NCBI GenBank assembly: GCA_000708835.1
Contig: DF236995.1
Coordinates: 186,001 to 250,000, forward strand
Length of the DNA stretch: 64,000 nt
Reading direction: 5' to 3'
From: Klebsormidium nitens
Lineage: Eukaryota; Plantae; Klebsormidiophyceae
The notes under the pieces are model-generated. The model was given only the letters and a program-made list of their open reading frames with translations. It was not told where the DNA came from and did no database searches. Shown one piece after another: positions 46,572 to 57,284 of this stretch. How positions within the stretch are numbered: position 1 is the stretch's first letter; each line of letters starts with the position of its first letter. The translations under genes were made by a program, and so were the position numbers.

Positions 46572-49500
46572 TCAAACCCTGTCCCTAACGGTAGATAGCA
46601 ACTTGTTGAAGGCTCCGTCTAGAACTGGTATTGTCTTTTCAAGACCTGCACAAAATAAATACACCCAAGTTTTTAGGAAAGCTCCTGATCACGGGCTTCT
46701 ATTATCGTGATGATCCTCCTTCTACCAGATTGATTCACATGGCCTCTCCATATTTGTGGAGGTACCCCTTTGACATATAAGGGCTTGTCGCAATCAGCAA
46801 AGTCAAAGTTCGGCCAATGATTGGGCTGAGCTTGCTCGGCGGCACCAGGCGACGGCCTCTGCCTTGCACACGAACAACAACGCTTCACGAGAACCCGTCT
46901 CTTTGTCACAGCATGTATGGCCGTTCTAAACGCACAAACATAACTCCTCAAGCAAACAACGAAGCCCGCTGAATCGGGTGGGGTTGAATTGGCCAATGCC
47001 GACCCACAACCTGCACGTTTTGGACCCCGAAGGAGTCGTTCAAGTCCTTTCTTCGGCCCCTATCCTACCCATGCGTGCAATCACCTTTTATAAAAGCTGC
47101 ACTCGTAAACGGCCACATTCTCTGCCGCGCTTTGCCCAAGAGAATCTGCCAACTCTCTTCGGAATAGAAACGGGCCAATTACCGGTTCGCAGAGAACGAT
47201 ATTTTAGCGTTCGGCGCTTCTCACCAATATCTGCGGCAACGCGGTGCGCACACGCCATGCCCGAAAAGGCGACCGCGTTCACCCCTTGCCCCGGGAAGCA
47301 GCTGTCGCCGACGCAGTAGAGACCCTTGAGCGCCTGCGCATAGAAAGAACCGGGGATGTCTTCCCGTACTTTTCTTTGTTGTATGCAGAACTTTCCGTCC
47401 TCTTCCTTGTTGTTTGCAGTACTTAAACACGCGTGGTACTTGTTTTGTTCTCCGAATCGCACTTGACTAGCCTGCTTGACTTACGTACTATTTCGCGACC
47501 TTTCTCGCCCTCCCGTCTACTAGTAAGGGGTACTTCCTGCTGATTGTTTGCTTTGAGCGTCCTGATTGAGCTCCGATGCCGTTTTGCAAAGTGCAAACTC
47601 TCAAACTCCTTGTCGCCAGCTCAGCACCGAATTGCTGGCAACAACACATTGCAGAGCCCAGGATCGCGTACGGATATCACAGGGGACCATCGACGACTTT
47701 AATTACGTTTTATGCGCAAGCAGCACACACCCGTGGTTCAGCACTAACCCCTGGTTAATAATGGCTTACCGTGGTGTTGAACGGCATGCCCAAGAGCCCC
47801 AGCGGTCGCCGAGAGGGAACCGGTCCGTAGGTACCGTCCTCCCGCGCCAGGAACTTTCGGTGCGTTCGCGGGGTGCCCACTTCCCGAAAGACGGTTGCTT
47901 GTCTCAGACCCTTGAACCCTAACCCCTTTTCTAGCCGATCGACGATCTCGTCGGCTACTTGTTCTTTCTTTTGTCGGTAGTCGGCGGGCGAGAGGCCCTG
48001 CACAGAAGGTAAGAACAACAATTCAGAAAATTCAACAGGCAGTCGGATTGTCTATCCTTAACAAAGGACTTTGCGCTCAAGTGGTTGGCTAGAAGTTCAG
48101 GATTGGGTACCGTTCAGCGCTTTAGCCAGAATGAGGCCAGCAACGTTGCTTGACTTCGTAGGAATACCTCTCAGATGGTCGTACAAAAGAATGACCGGAG
48201 AAGCTTTCGAAGAGCCCACATCGGTCAAGTGCGATCGAGTGCAGTCCCTCAGCTAGGACCTGCGCTTTCCTTTTCATAGCCTACCAGCCCATAGCAGAGG
48301 CAATTGTCAATCATGCCGTCAGTTCAACGTTCCAGACTGCCATCGTGCATGCTCTCTGCCGTCAAAGAGGCATAAATAGAGCGGAACGGAGTGCATCGAG
48401 CACACATCCGAAATCTTCAAGGATAGTTTCGGACATCCTCACTGCAAGAACTCTTCGCTCCCTCACGAGTTCTGCTGACACATAAACGAGCACAACCCTC
48501 GAAGCACGAACGGGAGTCTCGGACGCCGCCAGGCTGCAAGCCGTTCTAAAAAATCACGCTCTCCCGATTTCTACGAAAACAGCCACCTCATCACACCCTT
48601 TGCAAATGCGAGACCGATTTTAAAGCGAAGGGCAAGGTTTGTTTTGCGGAGATTCACCTCCCATTCTTCGATCCAGCACGGCGTGAAGGCGTGCACTATG
48701 TGGCGGTCTTTCGGCGCCACCGACTTGTCCAGCATCGTGGGCATGCTCACGAAAATGGTCCCGTATGACTCCTCCATTTTCGACCAGTCCTGCACAGGGT
48801 TTGGAATCTCAAGAATTGGTCACCTTTCTTTTCAGAACTGGAAATTGAGTCGACCGATTTGATGACCGATTCGATTGGGGTCCAGCATCGTGGGCATGCT
48901 CACAAAGATAGTCCGGTAGGACTCCTCCATCTTCGACCAGTCCTGCACGAAAGTGGGGCGCTCCTTCGGCTTTTTGGTTGCTTTTCGTTTCAGAGGTAGG
49001 GTTTAAGCTCGACGACTTTGAGGATGCTTATGCAAATGGTCCCAAACGACTCCTCCATCTTCGACCAGTCCTGCACAGGGTTGGAATCTCAAGAATTGGT
49101 CACCTTTCTGTTCAGAAGTGGAAATTGAGTCGACCGATTTGATGACCGATTCGATTGGGGTCCAGCATCGTGGGCATGCTCACAAAGATAGTCCGGTAGG
49201 ACTCCTCCATCTTCGACCAGTCCTGCACGGAAGTGGGGCGCTCTGTAGGTTTTGCTCGCTTTTCTTTTCAAACTTAGGGTTTCAGCTCAACCAATTCGAG
49301 AATGCTTACAAAGATAGTCGCGTAAGAGTTCTCCATCTTCGACCAGTCCTGCACGGAAGTGGGGCGCTCCTTCAGCTTTTTAGTCGCTTTTCTTTTCAAA
49401 TCTGGGGTTTTAAGCTCGCCGACTTCGAGGATGCTTATGAACATGGTCCCTTACGACTCCTTCATCTTCGACCAGTCCTGGACAGGGTTTGAGCAATTTC

Positions 49501-52500
49501 AGGTTTTGGTCACCTTTCTTGTCAAAAGATGGAACTGAGCTCGACAGCTCAAAAAACTGCTTCATCATCGGGGCTTGCTCACGGGAATGGTCCCGTACGA
49601 CTCCTCCATTTTCGACCAGTCCTGCAAAGAGTAAGGGACTCCTTCATGGCCTTGGCCGCTTTCTTCTCAAGAGTAGGATTCGAGCTCGAAGAACTTGAGG
49701 GTAGGAACTAAAGGTCTCGAGGGCATGCTCACGAAAATGCTTCCACACGCATCCTCCATCTTCGACCAGCCCTGTACCAGTTCTCGATATCCGTCAAATC
49801 TAGTGACTGCCTTTTTCACGCCGACTTTTGAGCTCGTCACCCTTGAGTATCGGGTCGCATCGGACTCGCCATACTTGAGGAAGGCGGTTTCGAGGTCAAA
49901 ATTCCGGAGATTGGATCACGACGAAGAGGGCGTTGAACCTTCTAAAGCGTCGCTAACAGGCAAACCTAGGCATGAACTCCGGTTGCCGCCAGAGCTACGT
50001 CGCAACGTGGATGGGGCGACTAGAACAGCTACTCGCGGGCTTCACAGTCGCCGCACGTAGGACGTGACGCATGACGCCCTCCTTGAAAAACCCCTTGCTA
50101 TTCAGAATGCAAATCTTGGATCTGTTCGATGGACGAACTTCTAGCTCTAAGAGATTATGATTCTCCAAGACAAAAGAGACTCTGGATCTTTCCAAGCAGT
50201 GATGTTGTAGCTCCTCGAGACTATTATCTGCCGTCAGATCTAACCTTTGGTGCCCAGGTCGAAACGGAAAGAACGTCAATTGCAGCGCCTCATCTCAAGC
50301 ACCATGTGATGGACGTCTGAGTCGGTTCTAAGCGAGATCAGGTTGCAGGATAAGACCGAACGTCCGGAAACCCGATTTAGTAGCTTCAGGAGATTGATAT
50401 CTGCAGTAAATGGTGGCCAAGAAATTGCCATCCGCCGTTGATTGTTCAGCAACAGTTGCCAAGACGCAAGAAAGGTCTAAGAAACAGAGCGCCTCACCTC
50501 GAGCACCACGCAATGAACGTCTGAATCGACTAGCAGTGCGTCAGTGGAAAACAAATCTCCCAAGCATCTTTAAGAGATAAGCGATAGTAAGGTAATACAA
50601 TGTGCACCGCACCTCGAGCACCATGTGGTGGCGTCCGAGGATTGGTAGATGCCCTCCTTGGGGAAAAAATTGCTGGAAACGTCCGAAACGTCCAACTCGT
50701 CCAAAGTGTGTAGCTTCTGGAATTGTATCTGCCATCAAACGGTGCTCAAGGAAGCGCCATCCGCTATCGAAATCAGCGGCTGGCGGTTTCAACAGCGCTC
50801 GTAACTCTGATCAACAGGTGCAAGTATATTGCCTCACCTCGAGCACCATGTGGTGGACGTCCGAATCGTCCGGCAGCGCGTCCGCTCGGACGCCCATGTG
50901 GATCGACAGGAACGACGGCGACTTGCGGTACCGCGTCTGGAACTTCTTCTCGGCGTCCGGCATGTTCTCTGGTTCTAGCAGCTTTTCTGCAGGAGCGAGA
51001 AAACGTGTACGGTGGGCTCGATCACGGCAACCAGACAGCATCCCTCCTGGAAGTAGTGCATCAGCGAGATGCAATGACATGGAATAAAGACGCATTGGAC
51101 AAGAGTCACGGTCCTCGGACTGTGCATAAGACGGTCCAAAGAGAGCCAGAAGAAATGAGGGGAAGAGTAGCTCAAAGAAAACTCGCTTCTTTGAGTAAGG
51201 AACGCACCCCTTGGCCTCCCGTCTCTTGATAGCCAATCGGCTTGACTGTATGGATCAAAAGCTGTCGGTTAGAAAAATCTCGACAGCCTGTGTCTGTAGA
51301 AGCGCGTCGTGTTTGTTTCGTTCGCGTGAAAGTCGGCAGAAAAAGAAGTAGAAAGCGAAAGAAGCGAGGCTCACCGAAAGTGTCCCATCTAGTAGCATTC
51401 GAAATGATGGTCTTGCCCTTGTACTCTCTCCCGTCCGTTAACCGCACCCCAGACTGCAAAGAAGATGCAAACAACTCAAACAAAATAGCTGCAAGGGGAC
51501 GCCATTACGCATCGATGCAGTAGCAAATACCAGACACGAGATTACAAGCTCGTGCATGCCTCCAATCTAGCAGGCAAGCTCTACTCTTGACCGTTCAGTA
51601 TCAGAAAGCAGAGCCGCTCCGCTCCAATCTGTTCGCTGAATTCGACTTCCTTTCTCGTAAACCCTTTTAGCACTGAACATTCAGATCCGTCTCTTAAAGG
51701 TGAAGGCCTGTCAAGAAAAATTGCAATTAAGCACTCTTAGCAATCTGTAGAGTTGCTATGCAGTATTGACATCCGCTGTGTTGACCTTCTCGAGAGCGTC
51801 GCCTCTTTCGGCAGATTCTAAGCACGCAGAAGACTAGAGATCGCTGCAAGAATATTTCAAGAAAGGATATCAGCCTTACCGCTTGACCATTTTCGACCAA
51901 TATCCGCTTTACGTTGGCCTTGTACGCGATCTTGCCCCCTAGTTCCTCCAATCCGTCTGCCAGTGTCTGTGCAATCCCGCCCACTCCCCCAATCGGATAT
52001 CGGACGCCGCCGTAGTGCCGATCGCATAATACCTGGAGGCGGCAGCGTTTCTTGTTTGTTCGAGGCTCAATTTGAGCTGCGCCAGTGGATGCTGTCCGCT
52101 TGCAAACGTTGGAGAACCGATAAACGGCAGCTTTGAAGTGGGATACACAGTTCGCTGGGATCAACGTACTTGACGAAATAAGAGGTCAGAAGATGCATTT
52201 AAGACCAGGCCCAATTTGGCAGGAGGAATGTGATCCACTTCTCTTCTCGATCATCACGACGCCGAGTTAATCAAGGCTTTGAGTGCTGCAACCACTGTTT
52301 CAACCGGTGTAAGCAGACAAGCATCTGGCAGCATTCGGATCGAGAGCCCCCGACGAACAGGGCAAAAAAACGAGCCAAACTTGTCGTCATTAAGCGCATC
52401 GTTTTTGGGACACGTGGGACGACCCGGTCTGTGCCACGGCCACGTGGCATGCTCACCATGCCGGAGTTGATCATGGGAGTGAGGCTTGCCGGGACAGTGC

Positions 52501-55500
52501 TCCAGGCGTAGTCTTCGATGTCGATGAAGCGCAGAAGCGTTTCATCCTTGATGTACTTGCGGGCGACGTCGCCAGTGTTCACCGGAAGGAAGTAAGCTGG
52601 GGGCGAATAGAGACGATCAAACGGGATGAGCGGGAGAACCGTGTGCTATGCAGAGAGAGCGAATACGGCTTTATGCGCAGTCGTCGAAGTCGATGGAACG
52701 GGGGAGCGTTTTGTCTTCGATGTACTTGCAGGCAAATTGGCCGGTATTAACGGGGAGCAAGTAATTGAGGAGAGTGAGAGGGCGATCCGAAGGGGATGAT
52801 GGGAAACACTGTGCTGTGCAAGAACAGCAAACTCCGCTCCTAGTACTTGATGTAGACGAACCAGAGCAGTTCAGCTGGGATTAAAAGGACAATCAGGACG
52901 GGAACAAGCGGGAAGAAATGCGTGCTATCCAAGGAAGCGAGCATAAGGGACGGGCGAGATACTGAATAAGCAGGGCCGCACTCTCTCGAATGAACACCAT
53001 GAGTCGGTGTGATAGTCAAAGAAGAAGTTCTGGGGTTGTCTCAAGAGTTGGACAAGCGGACTTTTAGGGCGAGGGGAAAACAGTCTGCGCATACTTCGCA
53101 ATCAGCAGGAGATGACAACTGAAGAAATTTGACGACGTCGTCAGATCCGTCAGGGGACTACGGCTTGTCTCCGAAGCTTGCCACTTGTAGAAAGAGGTGC
53201 TGGAGATCTTTGATGAATCCATAACCCAAAGACAATAAAGAGCAAAGGCTACTGCAGTGAGCAGACTGGCGTGACTCGAAGAGGTTCTGCGAATGAAGGG
53301 CAAGAGAAACGCTAAGAAATGCCGGAGAAACGCTCACCTAAGGTTAGGCAGGCTAGGGGCTGCTTCACAAACTCGCCGAGCAGATACCGAGGCTCCTCGA
53401 GGGACTTCAGGTCTAGAGAGTTCAGAGCGTTGAAGATCTGCGCGTTGAACGGGCAAGAATTATAAGCAGCAGACCTCAAGCTCACATTTTTGGATACTAA
53501 GACACTGTTTTAAAAAGTAGAGAAACCAAAGACTTCAATGGAAGCTGACTCTCAAGTCCGCAACAGCTGCTCGAGAAGAGAGTAGAAGCGACACATCCAA
53601 GCTTCACGTGGCTGTCTGCAACATTACGAAGTGTGAGAGCGTTCCAGTTGTTTTCACCTTGATGCGGACGACATCGTTTGTTTGCTTGCAGGATTTTATT
53701 GAGCCACCTCAGTGGTCTTCCAACGTCCATGAGAAGGGTAATGGTATGAAGGAGGAGGGGCACTCCATGCCAAACAATGGTAGACTCGAGGGCGTGCAAT
53801 GAGACCCCGGAGGCAGCCAAGACCAACACACGGACAATACGTCCAAACATGCTCACCATCTTTGGTCTGAGCACGGCAAACTGATTACTGTAACTGTCCA
53901 TTATTCAACACCGCTTGCAGGAATAAAGCACAATCACACACAAAGTACTAGATTGAAGAAAGAGAGCTACTTGTACAACAGGTTGTTTACCCTAGACAAG
54001 GTCTGCAAAGCAATATCGTATATTATGGACAAACAGCAACAGCCAGAGACCCGAAGTGGTCTCTACATTGGCTTTCAAAACGCAGCGAAGCATCTTGCGA
54101 ACAGGCTCAAGACTGGCCCACCTTCCAACAGTCGTCGTAGAATTTGCGGATGCCCTCCTTTTCGTGCGGGAACTTCGACGTCAGCTCCGCAATGAACTCC
54201 TCGTAGTCTCGGTGTACGCGCACGCTGAGGCCGTCTGGCAGGTGGTAGTGCACCATTGCGGGGTCGGGGATCGTCTCCATTTTCTTCCCAACCGCAGCGA
54301 GCGCGCGTGTCAGCAGGTTCGTTGTGCCCTGAAGAACGTAAAGAGCGGAACTTATTGATTATACGAGCTTCTAATAAACTGCGGAAAGAATGGTTCAAAG
54401 ACGTTCAAAAGGTGGAAATGCACCATCGCGGGGTCGGGATGGTCTTCCATCTTCTTCCCCATCACAGCGAGCGCGCGTGTCAGCAGATTCGTCACGCCCT
54501 GGAGAACGTTCAGAGCGCAAAATAAACATCATCAAACTCCTCATATCTTTCTACAAAAAATGGTTCAAGACGTGCAAAAGGTGGTAATGCACCATTGCGG
54601 CGTTGGGGAGGGTCTCCATCCTTTTCCCAACCGCCGCGAGCGAAGGTGTCAGCAGATTCATCGTACCCTGCAGGACGGCAAAGCGCAAAAACCAACGTTC
54701 TGGTTCTCTGAACGCTGATACGTTGGCGGCGCCTGAAATAGATTTCCAGGAAAGCAAGAAAAACAGAGACATCCAAAAGGTAGTAGTGCACCATCGCAGA
54801 GACCTGGTTGGTCTACATCGTTTTCCAATGGCAGCGAGCACGCGTGTCAGCAGATTCGTTGTGCCCTGCAGGTGCAGGAAACGCAACAATTGTCCCTCGA
54901 ACTCCTTGAGAAAGAATCATCTGGTTAGGCGGAAAGTGAGGAAAAGTCAAAGAGGAGGGGGAAAGTAAGGTATACGAAAATGTTGATAAGGTGGTGGTGC
55001 ACGACCGTGGGGCAGGGAATGGTCTCCATCTTCATCCCAACCTCAACCTCAACGCGGGTGTCAGCGGATTCACTGTCCCCTGGAGGACGCAGGAGGCCAA
55101 CAAACAGTCATTCAGGCTCCTCAACGAAGAACCTGCATTCTGACTCTCAAAAAAGTTCATCTGGTAGGGGGGAAAATACACGTATCAAAAGGAGGGGGAA
55201 ACGGAGAATAAAGAGATCATAAGGCGGCGGTTGGCCATGGTGGGGTTGAGTTGCGTCTCCAATATCTTCCCAACTGCAGCGAGAGCCCTTGTAAGCAGGG
55301 TTGTTGTGCCCAGGACGCAGAAAGCACAACAGTCGTTGTAGTGACTTGGTAAGAGATGAGATCCATCGGGGCAAACGAAGAAAAATCGAAATGGAAGGTG
55401 GGGGGACTGCATTTGCGCCCATTTGTATATGTATCTCAGTTAGGCCATGGTGCTCTGCCAGACTTTGAGGGAGGTTCTTGCAGGATCATAGGGCATTTTC

Positions 55501-56504
55501 ATAACCTGTCTGTGGGGCAGTGTAGACACTCTTTGAAGCAGGAAAAAGGTGTGATTCCAGCAGTGCCATGTAACCTGAAACTCTGTAGGGGAAACTTCTA
55601 AGCAGGCGCCAGCTACCGTGCTCTTTCAAAAAAGCTGCCAAACAAGAAGCTTGGCCCCCTCTCTTTCGATGGTTCCAAGCGTGATGGCAGTGCTTAACGT
55701 GGTGCGTCGAGTGGCAAAGAAGCATATGACATTCTGATGGCAGCATTGCTTTTATCAGCACTTCATCAGCAAGTTGGGGGGGCGAAATGGTGGACAGGAG
55801 GGGCAGCATCAGACACTAAGAGCAACTCCAACTTTGAGTCCTTATGGCACAGGCTGCACTCGCACTCCTGCTGACATTGAAGGAAGTGTTGCTCAAGGTG
55901 CTTCGATTGTGCTTGAAAACCCTAATCGTGCGATGCAACCAGCTAGTGATTGCAAAGAAGATTCCACAGATATGGAATGATACAACACATGACTGCGCAC
56001 CTGATCTCCAAACCCGAACATCATGGAGGAGCCAACGTCGAACGTGTACCCCTCCCTCTCAAAGTAGGCTGCGCTGCCCCCCGGAACAATGTACTTCTCC
56101 AGCAGCAGCACTTTGGCCCCCTTGGCTGCAAGCTGTGTTGCTGTCACTAGGCCCCCCATACCACTACCAATGATGACTGCATCGTACAACACGTTTTCTT
56201 CTGGGGCGTCCACATCTTGGACAGGTTTGGATGGGGCCGCCACAGCCATACGTGCAACATCATTTCGCCGTTTTGATGACTGCTTTGGGAGCTTTTGTCG
56301 AAGGCCAATGGCATTTGTCAGAAACGTATTCAAAGGCAAAAGCTTGACCCCGGTCACATTGGACACGCCAGCCTGAGTCCAATCTGATAGACATGGCTTT
56401 GCGCATCCTGCTTCAACAGACCTTTGAGACTTTGTACTCCTGCGGGAGCTGAAAGTGGCTACGCTGAAAGGGTCTTTAGCCAGTCTTGTCCAAGACGTCG
56501 CCAT
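46572..56504 (-). CDS. CRTISO: Carotenoid (prolycopene) isomerase; 11 exons, ~624 aa with N-terminal transit peptide
   Basis: Exons (minus): 56504-56001, 54328-54122, 53437-53338, 52596-52457, 52032-51880, 51453-51375, 50986-50838, 48789-48658, 47997-47770, 47333-47225, 46645-46572. Total 1875 nt with consistent phases. Motifs: [111 protein letters not shown]. Confidence 0.96.
48870..49785 (-). repeat. Seven degenerate tandem copies of CRTISO exon 8 acceptor + 5' end (period 126-153 bp)
   Basis: CAG|GACTGGTCGAA(A/G)ATGGAGGA-like units start at 48942, 49070, 49222, 49348, 49477, 49621 and 49771 (real start 48789). All retain CAG. The block ~48775-48958 is nearly identical to ~49055-49238. Confidence 0.93.
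50285..50645 (-). repeat. Three degenerate copies of CRTISO exon 7 3' end + donor
   Basis: CACCACATGGTGCTCGAG|GT-like units end at 50613, 50498 and 50294 (real end 50838). The third has lost the GT. Confidence 0.85.
52715..52770 (-). repeat. Degenerate copy of CRTISO exon 4 5' end
   Basis: Minus strand TACTTGCTCCCCGTTAATACCGGCCAATTTGCCTGCAAGTACATCGAAGAC versus the real TACTTCCTTCCGGTGAACACTGGCGACGTCGCCCGCAAGTACATCAAGGAT. Confidence 0.7.
54405..55320 (-). repeat. Five degenerate tandem copies of CRTISO exon 2 acceptor + 5' ~90 nt (period 169-231 bp)
   Basis: AG|GGCACAACGAACCTGCTGACACGCGCGCTCGC..ATGGTGCACTACCAC-like units start at 54498, 54667, 54865, 55079 and 55310 (real start 54328). Four of the five keep the AG. 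Confidence 0.92.
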
Positions 56505-57284
56505 GGCTGAAAGCAAACGCTCCGTCCAATCTAGAACGTGTTTATCGGTGGCCAGAACCTTTCTCAACCCAAGACTGCCAAGAAGTTCCTTCCTGGCAAC
56601 TTGCCAGGCAAGGATTCGTGCAGAGAAGTGATTGCACTTAAATTCAATTGCTTGTTGTCAAAAATGGGAAGCTTCACAAGTACCGGAGAACTCTGACCGG
56701 TCATCCTCAAAGTTCCATTCCTGCCTCGAGGCTGTCCCCAGGAGGAGTAGACCTGCCCGGTGTATCAGGAATTTTCAATAGAAAGTTGAAAAGTATTCCT
56801 GTGAATCAGAGTGATTCAATTGGTTCATTTGGTTCCAAGAATCGTGATTGCGTCAGCATATCCAAGCAAGTCATATCGTCCATCTAGGAGGGAACTCCCT
56901 CTCGATCATGTGGACGTTAGTGCGCGTTTTGCGCGATCAGATCCGCAATCCCCGACACTGGGCCACAGAGAGGAAGGTGCAGTGTAACAAAGCTGTTTGA
57001 AAGGATTGCCTGCGCAGGCATTGGGCAAGCGCCGTGGTGGCAAGCCACAGCAGCAGCGGGCGGAAGGAAGGTCTTAGCTCCACGAGGAGATTTCCCATTT
57101 GGCGCTGCCCCACGTTTGTAACACTTGGGGTTTGCGGCGCCTTTCAGAGCCGCTTTTCTTTCTATGGCTTGTTGAGGCCATTGACCACCCAGTGAAGACA
57201 GAAAGAAGGACACAGCAAAGAGCTGCAGAACAGTACTGTGGTGAGCAAGAAGCGATCTACTGCTGTGTTCAGAGTCGAGAAAGC

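Noticed and set aside
48780-49785. CRISPR-like look (regular ~25-nt repeat with ~110-nt spacers); similar at 26054-26990 and 54328-55320
   Set aside because: The repeats are the ends of adjacent eukaryotic exons, the spacers are related to each other, periods are too long and no cas genes are present.
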